A DNA stretch of 64,000 nt from Anthoceros angustus (GCA_010909165.1 MU008160.1:1240001-1304000), one strand, 5' to 3'. Positions 48,228 through 59,776 are shown, counted from the first letter of the stretch. Translations and numbers: made by a program. The notes: a model not told the origin generated them from the letters alone.

Positions 48228-51146
48228 TTATAAGGAACAATCAGAGTTGTGAAAGGGTTTTTCACATGTGCAGACGCCGTCTACAAAATGGTGGACACGG
48301 TGAGCATCTCTAACTATGATGTCCCGCCTCTCAATTCTCGACATGACCTTGGTGCTACTGTGGCAGTCATTGCACATTCGGAGGTTTTTGGTGACCAACA
48401 AAGGAGTGCCGTCAGGAGTGTTCAAGAGCCCATATGCCAAAGCGAGCTTCTCAGCATGTCCACATAAGGCATCTTCTTTCTCTCGATCATGAGACTGCAG
48501 CTTCACAACAAGGCCAGGGAGGGGCATGACCCCACCGTCCTCCCGCAACCGCTGATTCACGCTTCTGAGCTTGGACGAGATGTCATCCCTTTCCTCTCCA
48601 ACAACAAATGTGTGGACCTTGCTACTTACCTCGATCCATGCCCGTGCAGGCTTCTTGCAAGCACCTGCTGACTTCCTCAGGCTCTCTACCCTCTCAACAG
48701 CACCCCACATGCCAGCATCTGCAAACGTGTTAGATAAAAGCACGTAAGCGGCAGTGTTTTGAGGTTCCAATCTGGTAATGTGGTCAAAACAGCGCCTGGC
48801 GCGCTGTGTGTCTCCATGGTTCTTGCAGGCACTCAAAAGAGACATCCATCCCACTGTGTCATTCTGAAACGGCATGGACAGCAACATTTGCTCTGCTGCT
48901 TCCAGGCGGCCGGCCCGCCCAAGAAGATCAACCATGGAATTATAGTGATCTGCGGTGGGCGTGATTCCATAGGCGTCCCCCATCATCCTGAAATACTGCT
49001 TGCCTGCATCCACCAACCCTGCATGACTGCATGCCACGAGTAGGGAAACGAAGGTAGCATCGTTGGGCTCCACCCCTTGCTCTTGCATCTCCTCAAAGCA
49101 GTTGAGGGCCTTCTGGCACTCATTGTGTTGGCCGTAGCCATTAAGTAAGGCATTCCATGTCACTACATTTCTAGAGTCCAAGTTGTTGAACACTCTACGA
49201 GCATCCCCTAAGCTGCCACATTTTGCATACATGTCAACCAGGCTGCTGCCAACTATCACATTGTTTTCGAGCCCTCGTTTCTTCAGCTGCGAATGCAGCT
49301 GTTTCCCCTCATGTAGTGCTCCAATGCTGGCACATGCCCTCAGAAGAGAAACATATGTTACTACATCTACTGGAGTCATACCCACTTTCTCCATACTTAC
49401 GTAGAGAGCCAGGGCTTCCTCACCAAACCCATGCTGGGCATATGCTGTGATCATGGCAGTCCATGCTACCACATGTTTTGCAGGCAGGCTGTCAAAGACT
49501 TTGCAAGCATCCTCCAAGCTCCCACATTTAGCATACATGTCCACCAAGCTGGTCCCAACACCCACATCGCCTGCTAGTCCTGCTTCCTGAATCTGTGCGT
49601 GCACCTGCTTCCCTTCATGCAATGCTCCAAGACTGGCGCAGGCTTTTAGAAGGCACAAAAATGTAACATGATCCGCTGGAATCAAGCCCTCCTCTTGCAT
49701 GGTTGTGTACAGAGCAAGGGCTGCTTCACCTAGTCCAAGCTCCGCATATCCTCTTATCATGGCAGTCCAGCTCACTACATCTCTTAAGGGCAGCCCGTCA
49801 AACACTTTGCGAGCATCTTCTAAGCTCCCACATTTTGCATACATGTCCACCAAACTGTTGCCAACAACCAAGTCAACTTCTAACCCTACTTCCTGGATGA
49901 GAGAATGAAGTTGCTTCCCCTCATGCAACGCTCCAACACTGGCACAAGCTTTGACGAGGCTCAGCAGTGTAACACGGTCAGCTGGGTTTATGCCCTCCTG
50001 TTGCATAGATACATAAAGTGTGAGGGCTTCTTGACCAAGCCCATGCTGAGCGTAACCCGAAATCATGGCCGTCCATGTCACAATATCTCTGGTGGTCAGA
50101 CTCTCAAACACCCTCCGAGCGTCCTCTAGGCTGCCACACTTTGCATACATGTCCACAAGGCCATTTGCCACAAATATGTTGGGTTCAACTGCAGAACCCA
50201 AAACATCAGCATGGACGAGCCTGCCAGATGCCAAGTCCACTGCACCAGCACACGCCTTGAGAGCGGCCACAAATATATGATTGTCCGGCCTCAGAGTTGA
50301 CTCTCGCATCCGTCCATACCAATGTATGGCCTTAGCAGGCTGTCCGTGTTCAACATGTGCCATGATTATGGAAGCCCACATAAAAGAGTCCGGTGCAACC
50401 AAATCGGCGAACACCTGCACCGCATCCAGTAACCTCCCATGTGCAGCATACATGCAAATGAGGTGGTTCGCCAAGAACGTGTTCCACTCGTACCCACTCC
50501 TGCGAGTAAAAGCATGAACGTTCGTACCAGCGACCAGATCTCTCTTCGCCATGCATTCTTTTAGGACAGAATAAAAGAGGGATGCAGGGACATAAGACTC
50601 TTGCTCGACAAGCAGATCCAACAGGGTAAAGGCTGCATCGGGCTGTCCCTCCTCGTGGACTGAGCCACAGGTTTCAATCTCCAAAGCTGCTTCACCCCTT
50701 GCCAACCTGCAATGTTGCCAAACTTCAGGAACAAACAAACTCGGACACCTCGAAAATGCGTAACTTACATCTGCCTGCTTAGAGTGCATCACCGGATGGC
50801 AAGGACCAGAAGTTACCTTCTCCCACTCTTTCCCCCACCACTCGAAGGGCTCCTTCCCCAATGACGCCAGCCATGCCCTTGGCTCCACTGCAAGTCAGCT
50901 GAACATAAGAATCTGAGAGCTTGCCAGCTGCAAGCCTGGTGCAAGAAGGTAGCACACCCAATAGCAGGCAGGTACACACTCACCAGGGGTACTTGCTGAT
51001 GTAGTCTGCTGCCGCAACGAGGAAAAACATCTGCAACCCTGGTCTGCAGCGCTGCGGAGACGAGGCTTGCTTTGAATCAGCCTCGACAAGACCGAAAGGT
51101 CACCCACTTTCTTCATCAGTGCCACGTCCCCCACAAGCCTCCGCAT
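48228..51146 (-). CDS. PLS-class PPR RNA-editing factor with complete DYW:KP deaminase domain; exons 51146-50984 and 50887-48228
   Basis: Exon 1 is transit-peptide-like (RCFSS) and joins in phase 1 (G/gtgagt..cttgcag/TG). It is followed by the PLS array, E domains, KKPARAWIE, CGHAEKLALAYGL, KNLRMCNDCH and RDAHRVHHFVDGVCTC. Confidence 0.95.
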
Positions 51147-51589
51147 GGATCATAGCACCGTGGTGCGGTAGAATCCCGGTCATTTGCGCAAACCCAGAAC
51201 CGAGATTTGATGACGGCGCACATTCAAGAGAGAGCCACGATGAGGCCGGAGCGACCGAAAGTCGACTCGAAAGTCTTAGAACGATTCCATTCTGAAGAAA
51301 TTCTGTCTGTAACATTGGTTACCCTGCATAACAATGCAAGTCATGTGAGACTGTTTCCACAAGTGTTAGAAGCTGATATCCGACGCACATCACTTCTTCA
51401 GTTTGCCGGTAATGCTTGTTATGATGCTTTGATCATGTGTTTCAGAAGAGCCCCCCATGATTCCCTGCTTTCGATCCCGAGGAAGACTCTCAACACTTGT
51501 GAATCCTTCTTAGCATCGGGTATCATCTACGGAGCACAAAAAGGCAGAGATGTTGGTCGCACTGTCAGCAGCCCAATGGACATGATATC

Positions 51590-53881
51590 GTGCTCTTCCG
51601 AGATATGGTTCTGGCAATCCAGTCACGCAAAGGACAGCAGGACCCGCTGGGAGAACAGGTTTTGTGGGCGAAACAAAGGGGTGGGTTGAGAGGTATTCAG
51701 GGAAGATCTCCCGCTCAGCTGACTTGTAGGAAGCGATCTTTGGCACACAATGCAGCCGCCAGGTGCAACATCTTTGCAAGAAAGCCAGCCAGTCCAAGAG
51801 AGTGTCTGGCATTTTCGAAGGAGAGTCTTGGACAGGAGCTCGTTTCCAAGCCACCTTGGGTGGATGGGCAGCTGGGTGCTCTGGGAATGCCGTTTGGCCG
51901 TCGTTCCCCTGCAACAAACTGGAGTCTGCTGGATGGTGCTGACTCTTGCAGGCCTGCAGGATACGAAAAGGGGATGACGGCTGAAACCGTGACCAAGCTG
52001 TGTCAGGAGGGGCAGGTCAAGGAGGCCGTTGAAGCTCTGGGAGTGATGGTGCAAGGCGACTATCATATTTCCAAATTCGTGTTTTACACGGTCCTTAAAG
52101 AATGTGTGGCTATGAGGGATCTGCCCCTGGGTCGTCGTGTTCATGCGGTTATGGTGAAGAAAGGGTATGAGTCGGACACGTTCTTGTGCAACCACATCCT
52201 GCGAATGTATTCTTCGCATGCCAGGTTGCAAGAAGCCATGGATGTGTTTGGCGTGGTTGCCAAACCAGATGTCTTCATGTGGTCTTCTATGATTTCTGCG
52301 TATGTGAAACTGGGGCAAGATAAGCAGGCCATAGACCTCTATCATAGGATGCGCAGGTCAGGTGTGAAGCCAGATGGCCATGTGCTTGTCGCAGCACTTC
52401 AGGCTTGTGCGAAGGGAGCGGATTTGAAATCTGGACAGCAAGTGCATGCTGATGTGCTGGTTGGTGGCGCTGAGCATGATGTGTTTGTATGTAGTTGCTT
52501 GGTGGACATGTATGCAAAGTGTGGCAGCTTGAAAGACGCTCAAAGGGTGTTTGACGGACTTGGTGAAAAAAATGCTGTGACCTGGAATGCCATGATAGCA
52601 GGGTATTCCCAGCAGGGCATGGGCGCAAAAGCCCTTCGCCTTTATAGTGCTATGGCAGAAGGAGGCATGGCTGCACCCACTTCTGTTACGTTTATTTGCC
52701 TTCTGCAGGCATGTGCAAGTATGGGCACGCCGGCATTGGAGAAGGGGAAGCACCTTCATGCACATATAAGACAGCAAGGACTTGAAGCTGATCTTGTTGT
52801 AGGTGGCAGCCTGGTAAACATGTATGCGAAGTGCGGAAGCTTAGAGGATGCTAGGGGCGTGTTCGACGGACTTGGTCATAAAAATGTGGTGGCGTGGAAT
52901 GCCATGATAGCAGGATACTCCCAGCAGGGCATGGGGCAGGAGGCTCTTGCTCTTTACAGGGCTATGCAAGAAGAAGAAGGCACTATTCCACCCAATTCTG
53001 TTACGTTTTTGTGCCTCCTTCAAGCATGTGGAAGTCTGGCAGCTCTGCATGTGGGAAGGCAGCTTCATGCACAGATCAAGGAGCAAGGTCTCCAAGGTGA
53101 CGTGCTTATAGCCGGCAGTTTGATAGACATGTATGGGAAGTGCGGTAGCATGTTTGAGGCACGGCATGTATTCGAGACATCAGTCGAAAGAGATGTTGTC
53201 GCATGGAGTGCATTGATTGCTGGATACACCCGTCAAGGAAACTGTGACGAGGTCTTCAATTTGATTTGCAGAATGCGACACAGTGGCATACAGCCAGACG
53301 GCATCACATTTCTCAGTGTACTGACAGTATGCAGTCATGCTGGCCTTGTGAACAAGGGGAGAGAGTACTTTGAATCTATGAGCAAACACTATGGCATCAC
53401 TCCTACGCTGGAGCACTACACATGCATGGTGGATCTTTTAGGTCGTGCAGGTCGACTGCATGAATCACTAGTCTTCATAAAGACAATGCCTCTGCAGCCT
53501 AATGCTGCAGTCTGGCACACTCTAATAGGTGCTTGTAGAAAGTGGAAAAACGTGGAGGTGGGATGCCATGCTTTCCATGAAGCAGTGAAGCTAAACAACG
53601 AAGATGCTGTAGCATACGTCTTGATGTCCAACGTGTACACCAGTGCCCAAATGTGGGATCAGGCAGATGAGTTGCAGTCAAGGAGACTAAGAATCAAAGC
53701 ATGGAAGAAGCCAGGTCAGAGCTGGTGGACAGACATGGGTGGACACGTTCATAGCTTTCTGGTTGGGTATAAGACGCACACTGGGCACGAAGAGAGCGAG
53801 TCTTTCCCAATAAGCGAAGAGGGATATGTGCCACATCTGGATTCCTGGTCAGGAGCACTATCTGAATCTGATGACGGGTGA
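51590..53881 (+). CDS. PLS-class PPR protein with truncated WW-type DYW domain (E+ like)
   Basis: PLS repeats, E domains, KKPGQSWWTDMGGHVHSFLVG...EGYVPHL, then a stop. No HxE or CxxC. Confidence 0.92.
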   Translation: MLFRDMVLAIQSRKGQQDPLGEQVLWAKQRGGLRGIQGRSPAQLTCRKRSLAHNAAARCNIFARKPASPRECLAFSKESLGQELVSKPPWVDGQLGALGMPFGRRSPATNWSLLDGADSCRPAGYEKGMTAETVTKLCQEGQVKEAVEALGVMVQGDYHISKFVFYTVLKECVAMRDLPLGRRVHAVMVKKGYESDTFLCNHILRMYSSHARLQEAMDVFGVVAKPDVFMWSSMISAYVKLGQDKQAIDLYHRMRRSGVKPDGHVLVAALQACAKGADLKSGQQVHADVLVGGAEHDVFVCSCLVDMYAKCGSLKDAQRVFDGLGEKNAVTWNAMIAGYSQQGMGAKALRLYSAMAEGGMAAPTSVTFICLLQACASMGTPALEKGKHLHAHIRQQGLEADLVVGGSLVNMYAKCGSLEDARGVFDGLGHKNVVAWNAMIAGYSQQGMGQEALALYRAMQEEEGTIPPNSVTFLCLLQACGSLAALHVGRQLHAQIKEQGLQGDVLIAGSLIDMYGKCGSMFEARHVFETSVERDVVAWSALIAGYTRQGNCDEVFNLICRMRHSGIQPDGITFLSVLTVCSHAGLVNKGREYFESMSKHYGITPTLEHYTCMVDLLGRAGRLHESLVFIKTMPLQPNAAVWHTLIGACRKWKNVEVGCHAFHEAVKLNNEDAVAYVLMSNVYTSAQMWDQADELQSRRLRIKAWKKPGQSWWTDMGGHVHSFLVGYKTHTGHEESESFPISEEGYVPHLDSWSGALSESDDG

Positions 53882-55581
53882 AGAACCATCTTGATCTTCC
53901 TGTTAAGAATGATCCGGGACTTTGGCATGGATCCCATATTCTCAGCTGGTTTCCAGGTACAGAGGAGTCTCCTTGTGAATCAAAGCTCTTTTGCAACAAA
54001 GGTGGTGCACGGCAGGAGAGGGATATGTGCCACATCCGGATTGCTGGTCAGGAGCACTACCTGAATCTGATAATGGGTGAAGAACCATCTTGATCTTCCC
54101 GTTAAGAATGATCGGGGACTTTGGAATGGATCCCATATTCTCAGGTGGTTTCCAGGTACAAAGGAATCTCCTTGTGAATCAAAGGTCTTTTGCGACAAAG
54201 GTGGTGCACGGCAGGAGAGGGATATGTGCCACATCCGGATTGCTGGTCAGGAGCACTACCTGAATCTGATGATGGGTGGAAAACCATCTTGATCTTCCCG
54301 TTAAGAATGATCGGGGACTTTGGAATGGATCCCATATTCTCAGGTGGTTTCCAGGTACAAAGGAATCTCCTTGTGAATCAAAGGTCTTTTGCGACAAAGG
54401 TGGTGCACGGCAGGAGAGGGATATGTGCCACATCCGGATTGCTGGTCAGGAGCAATAACTGAATCTGATGACGGGTGGAAAACCATCTTGATCTTCCCGT
54501 TAAGAATGATCAGGGACTTTGGAATGGATCCCATATTCTCAGGTGGTTTCCAGGTACAAAGGAATCTCCTTGTGAATCAAAGGTCTTTTGCGACAAAGGT
54601 GGTGCACGGCAGGAGAGGGATATGTGCCACATCCGGATTGCTGGTCAGGAGCAATAACTGAATCTGATGACGGGTGAAGAACCATCTTGATCTTCCTGTT
54701 AAGAATGATCCGGGACTTTGGCATGGATCCCATATTCTCAGCTGGTTTCCAGGTACAAACCTTGTGAATCAAAGCTCTTTTGCGACAAAGGTGGTGCACG
54801 GCAGCAGAGGATATGTGCCACATCTGGATTGCTGGTCAGAGCACTACTTGAATCTGATGATGGGTGAAGAACCATCTTGATCTTCCTGTTAAGAATGATC
54901 CGGGACTTTGGCATGGATCCCATATTCTCAGCTGGTTTCCAGGTACAAAGGAGTCTCCTTGTGAATCACACGCTCTTTTGCGACAAAGGTTGTGCACGGC
55001 AGGAGGGATATGTGCCACATCCGGATTGCTGGTCAGGAGCGCTACCTGAATCTGATGATGGGTGAAGAACGATTTTGATCTTCCTGTTAAGAATGATCCG
55101 GGACTTTGGCATGGATCCATATTCTCAGCTGGTTTCCAGGTACAAACCTTGTGAATCAAAGCTCTTTTGCGACAAAGGTGGTGCACGGCAGCAGAGGGAT
55201 ATGTGCCACATCTGGATTGCTGGTCAGGAGCACTACTTGAATCTGATGATGGGTGGAAAACCATCTTGATCTTCCTGTTAAGAATGATCCGGGACTTTGG
55301 CATGGATCCATATTCTCAGCTGGTTTCCAGGTACAAAGTCTCCTTGTGAATCACGCTCTTTTGCGACAAAGGTTGTACGGCAGGAGAGGGATATGTGCCA
55401 CATCCGGATTGCTGGTCAGGAGCGCTACCTGAATCTGATGATGGGTGAAGAACGATTTTGATCTTCCTGTTAAGAATGATCGGGGACTTTGACAATAATC
55501 CCATATTCTCAGCTGGTTTCCAGGTTCAAAGGAGTCTCCTTGTGAATCAAACGCTCTTTTGCGAAAAGGTTGTGCACGGCA
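53819..55581. repeat. ~199-bp tandem array, 9 copies, starting inside the PPR 3' end
   Basis: gag(g)gatatgtgccacatc occurs at 53819, 54018, 54217, 54416, 54615, ~54807, 55003, 55194 and 55386. Confidence 0.97.
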
Positions 55582-56053
55582 GAAAGCATCCGCAAGCCTG
55601 GGCAGCCTGGCCCTGGAGATGGGAAAATGAGCAAATTAGAGAACAAGGAATCCGCACGCGGTTATAGCCAGCACAATCAACTCTATTGGACATTAAATCT
55701 GGGAATACGGGGTGTTGGCTTCACACGGATGCCTTCCTAGATGTGCTTGCAAGGATACCACTAAGTGGCCCGATGTAGCATCCTTGCTACAGTTTTTGAA
55801 AAGAGCAAAATCAAACTGCTTGCTACAATAAAAACAAAATGGGCCTCGTGTCGAAACGTCATGCTTTTCAAGTTCATTCCACAAAGAGCTAGCTTTGTGT
55901 GATCTCTCTTGCCTCCAGCTCCTCTCGGACGTATCTGGCCTGGCCGGTGGCACCAGGGTCTGCATCCAGAGGCTTGTTCTTGCAAGCCATGGCTGGTAGC
56001 TTAATTGGGCTTCTGGGAAGATCTTCCCCTCGCCTGACTTCAAGCAAGAACTC

Positions 56054-59000
56054 GTGGTCGCACTGCCAAGTCGGGAAAGGCACCTCATTTGCAAGGCAAC
56101 CAGCCCGTCTGGGAGGATGCCTAGCTGGAGTAGGATTCTCTACAGAGTGTCGTCGCCAGCTCAACTTGTGGCGACAAATTTTTTGGGACCCCGGGGTAAG
56201 AGGCAAGATAAGAGGAGCCTCCAGTCTCCTCACTTCCGGCAAAAGCAGTCCCAGGAGGTCCTCTGGTTGAACAACTTCTGTAAGCCAGCTGTATTGGATG
56301 CACAGCTTGCTGTGATGGATGTAGGAATGAGTGGTCACTCGAGCAGGAGCTTACCGGATGATCGTTGCCCTCGCAGGTCTGTAGGTGATGGTAGGGATGT
56401 AACGGCTGAAACCGTGAGGAGACTGTGTCTGGAAGGCCATCTCGCTGTGTCGGTTGATGCTTTGGAAATTCTGGTGCAGACAGACTGTTCTATTTCAAAA
56501 TCGCTATTTTATACCGTCCTGAAGAAGTGTGTGGTCAACAAGAATCTTGTCCTTGGCAGTCGGGTCCATGCCTGCATGGTAAAGAAGGGGTACCAGTCAG
56601 ATACGTTCCTGTGCAACCACATTCTCCGAATGTATGCTTCTCATGGCAGGTTGCATGAGGCGATGGACGTGTTTGAAGGGGTTGTTAAACCAGATGCCTT
56701 CATGTGGTCGTCCATAATCTCTGCACATGTTAAACAGGGACAAGACAAGCAGGCTATACAACTCTATCATCGTATGCGGAGGTCCAGTGTGAAGCCAGAT
56801 AGTTATGTATTCGTGGCAGCCCTACAGGCTTGTGCAAGGGGCGGAGACCTGAAAGCTGGCCAGCAAGTCCATGCTGATGTGGTGGCCAGTGGTGATGTGA
56901 TGGCCGGTGGCACAGAGCCCGATTTGTTTGTTTCTAGTTGCCTGGTGGACATGTATGCAAAGTGTGGTAGATTGGAAGATGCCCAGCGTGTGTTTGATGG
57001 ACTTGGTAGAAAAGATGTTGTGACGTGGAATGCCATGATATCAGGATATTCTCAGAATGGCTTTGGGCAGGTAGCCCTTCGTCTCTACAGGGCTATGCAA
57101 AAGGACGGTATGGTTGTGCCCGATTCCGTGACATTTGTGTGTCTCCTGCAGGCATGTGCAGGTGTTGGCCCCCTTGCGTTGGAGAACGGGAAGGACCTTC
57201 ATGCACAAATTAGGGAACGGGGACATGAAGCTGATGTGTTGATAGCCAACAGTTTGGTAAATATGTATGCAAAGTGTGGGAGCTTAGAAGATGCGCAGAG
57301 AGTTTTTGATGGCCTTTCTCACAAAGATGTGGTAACGTGGACTGCCATGATAGCAGGATATTCCCAGCAGGGCATGGGGCATGAAGCCCTTCGTGTTTAC
57401 AGTGCCATGGAAGAAGAAGGCATGGCTGTTCCCAATTCCGTGACATTTGTGTGCCTGCTGCAAGCATGTACGAGTGTGGGTGCCCTGGCATTGGAGAAGG
57501 GTAAGCATGTGCATGCGCAAATTAGAAAACAAGGGTTCCAGGCTGATCTGTTTGTCGCCAACAGTTTGGTAAACATGTATGCAAAGTGTGGCAGCTTGGA
57601 GGATGCTTGGAGAGTGTTTGAAGCACTTGGTCACAAAGATGTGATCACGTGGAATGCCATGATAGCAGGATATTCACAGCAGGGCATGGGTCAGGAAGCC
57701 CTTAGTCTTTACAGTGGAATGCAAGCGGAGGGCATGGCTGTACCTGATTCAGTGACATTAGTTTGCCTCTTGCAGGCATGTGCAGCTGTGGGCACCCCGG
57801 CTCTGGAGCAGGGCAAGCAGCTCCATATGCAGATAAGTGAACAAGGTCACCAAGCTGATGTGTTTGTAGCTAGCAGTTTGTTGAACATGTATGCAAAGTG
57901 TGGCAGCTTGCAAGATGCAGAGAGAGTGTTTGAAGGACTTGGTCACAAAGATGTGGTGATATGGAATGCCATGATAGGAGCATATTCCCAGCAGGGGATG
58001 GGCCAGGAAGCCTTTCGCCTCTACAGCGCTATGCAAGATGAAGGCATTGCTGGACCTGATTCAATGACATTTGTGTACCTCTTGCAAGCATGTGCAAGTG
58101 TGGGTGCACTGGCTCTGGAGACGGGGAAGCAGCTTCATAGGCAGATTACAGAGCAAGAACTTGAAGCTGATGTGTTTGTAGCTAGCAGTGTGGTAAACAT
58201 GTATGCCAAGTGTGGCAGCCTGGAAGATGCGCAGAGAGTGTTTGAAGTTCTTGGCAACAAAGACGTGGTGACATGGAATGCCATGATAGCAGGATATTCC
58301 CATCAGGGCATGGGCCAAGAAGCCCTCCATCTCTACAGCGCTATGCAACAAGAAGGCATGGCTGTACCTGACCCTGTGACATTTGTGTGCCTCTTGCAGG
58401 CATGTGCAGGTGTAGGCACCCCGGCGTTGGAGATAGGGAAACAGCTTCATACACAGATCAGAGAACAAAGACACCAAGATGATGTGGTTGTGGCCAGCAG
58501 TTTGGTGAACATGTATGCAAAATGTGGCAGCTTGCAAGATGCACGGAAAGTGTTTGACAGCCTTGGTCAAAAAAATGAGGTGACCTGGACTGCCATGATA
58601 GCAGCATATTCCCAGCAGGGCATGGGCCAGGAAGCCCTTCATCTCTACAGGGCTATGCAAGATGAAGGCATGGCTGTACCTGACCCTGTGACATTTGTGT
58701 GCCTCTTGCAGGCATGTGCAGGTGTAGGCACCCCGGCGTTGGAGATAGGGAAACAGCTTCATACACAGATCAGAGAACAAAGACACCAAGATGATGTGGT
58801 TGTGGCCAGCAGTTTGGTGAACATGTATGCAAAATGTGGCAGCTTGCAAGATGCACGGAAAGTGTTTGACAGCCTTGGTCAAAAAAATGAGGTGACCTGG
58901 ACTGCCATGATAGCAGCATATTCCCAGCAGGGCATGGGCCAGGAAGCCCTTCATCTCTACAGGGCTATGCAAGATGAAGGCATGACCGTACCGGATTCCG

Positions 59001-59776
59001 TGACATTTGTGTGCATCCTGCAGGCATGTGCTAACGTGGCAGCTTTGCATCTGGGAAGGCAGCTACATGCCCACATTGTAGAACAAGGGCTTCAAACTGA
59101 TGAGTTTGTAGCCAGCAGTTTGATTAACATGTATGGGAAGTCGGGAAGCATGCTTGATGCACAGCGGGTGTTCGATGCGTTGCCCAAGAGAGACGTGGTC
59201 ACTTGGAACGCACTGATTGCAGGCTACACCTGTCAAGGAGACAGTGAAGGGGTCTTCAGCGCGTTCCGGAAGATGAGGGGAGATGGCATACTCCCAGATG
59301 GCATCACACTCCTGTGTGTACTAACGGTGTGCAGTCATGTGGGTCTAGGGAACAAAGGGTGGGAGCACTTTGAGGCTATGAGCAGATGCTATGGCATCAC
59401 CCCCACGGAGGACCACTACACATGCATGGTGGATGTCTTAGGTCGTGCAGGACAACTGGATGCGGCATTAGCCTTTGTGAGAACAATGCCTCTACAGCCT
59501 AAGGCTGCCGTCTGGCACACTTTGTTGGGTGCGTGTCGAAAGTGGAGGAACGTGGAGGTGGGACGCTATGCTTTTGAGGAAGCAGTGAAGCTAAACAAGA
59601 AAGATGCTGCAGCATATGTGTTGATGTCAAACATATACACCAGTGCCCAGATGTGGGAGCAAGCACAGAAGATGCAGGCAAAGAGAAAGAGAACGAGGGC
59701 ATGGAAGCAGCCAGGTCAAAGCTGGTGGACAGACAGAGAGGGACTGGTGCATGCTTTTTCGGTGGGGAATGAGTAA
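56054..59776 (+). CDS. Long PLS-class PPR protein with truncated WW-type DYW domain
   Basis: 1240-aa ORF with about seven to eight PLS triplets and E domains, ending KQPGQSWWTDREGLVHAFSVGNE*. The N-terminal TAETV...LC block is shared with the 51590 gene. Confidence 0.93.
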   Translation: MVALPSRERHLICKATSPSGRMPSWSRILYRVSSPAQLVATNFLGPRGKRQDKRSLQSPHFRQKQSQEVLWLNNFCKPAVLDAQLAVMDVGMSGHSSRSLPDDRCPRRSVGDGRDVTAETVRRLCLEGHLAVSVDALEILVQTDCSISKSLFYTVLKKCVVNKNLVLGSRVHACMVKKGYQSDTFLCNHILRMYASHGRLHEAMDVFEGVVKPDAFMWSSIISAHVKQGQDKQAIQLYHRMRRSSVKPDSYVFVAALQACARGGDLKAGQQVHADVVASGDVMAGGTEPDLFVSSCLVDMYAKCGRLEDAQRVFDGLGRKDVVTWNAMISGYSQNGFGQVALRLYRAMQKDGMVVPDSVTFVCLLQACAGVGPLALENGKDLHAQIRERGHEADVLIANSLVNMYAKCGSLEDAQRVFDGLSHKDVVTWTAMIAGYSQQGMGHEALRVYSAMEEEGMAVPNSVTFVCLLQACTSVGALALEKGKHVHAQIRKQGFQADLFVANSLVNMYAKCGSLEDAWRVFEALGHKDVITWNAMIAGYSQQGMGQEALSLYSGMQAEGMAVPDSVTLVCLLQACAAVGTPALEQGKQLHMQISEQGHQADVFVASSLLNMYAKCGSLQDAERVFEGLGHKDVVIWNAMIGAYSQQGMGQEAFRLYSAMQDEGIAGPDSMTFVYLLQACASVGALALETGKQLHRQITEQELEADVFVASSVVNMYAKCGSLEDAQRVFEVLGNKDVVTWNAMIAGYSHQGMGQEALHLYSAMQQEGMAVPDPVTFVCLLQACAGVGTPALEIGKQLHTQIREQRHQDDVVVASSLVNMYAKCGSLQDARKVFDSLGQKNEVTWTAMIAAYSQQGMGQEALHLYRAMQDEGMAVPDPVTFVCLLQACAGVGTPALEIGKQLHTQIREQRHQDDVVVASSLVNMYAKCGSLQDARKVFDSLGQKNEVTWTAMIAAYSQQGMGQEALHLYRAMQDEGMTVPDSVTFVCILQACANVAALHLGRQLHAHIVEQGLQTDEFVASSLINMYGKSGSMLDAQRVFDALPKRDVVTWNALIAGYTCQGDSEGVFSAFRKMRGDGILPDGITLLCVLTVCSHVGLGNKGWEHFEAMSRCYGITPTEDHYTCMVDVLGRAGQLDAALAFVRTMPLQPKAAVWHTLLGACRKWRNVEVGRYAFEEAVKLNKKDAAAYVLMSNIYTSAQMWEQAQKMQAKRKRTRAWKQPGQSWWTDREGLVHAFSVGNE
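58352..58983 (+). repeat. Identical in-frame 312-bp (one PLS triplet, 104 aa) duplication inside the PPR ORF
   Basis: gaaggcatggctgtacctgaccctgtgac occurs at 58352 and 58664. The translated 104-aa blocks are identical. Confidence 0.92.

Noticed and set aside
53819-55581. Many 60-90 aa ORFs on both strands in the 199-bp array as separate genes
   Set aside because: They are reiterated translations of the same repeat unit.
58061-59050. 329-aa minus-strand ORF (and 51623..52345, 32003..32560, 32694..33320)
   Set aside because: Antisense or alternative-frame shadows of PPR and FLAP1 coding sequence.
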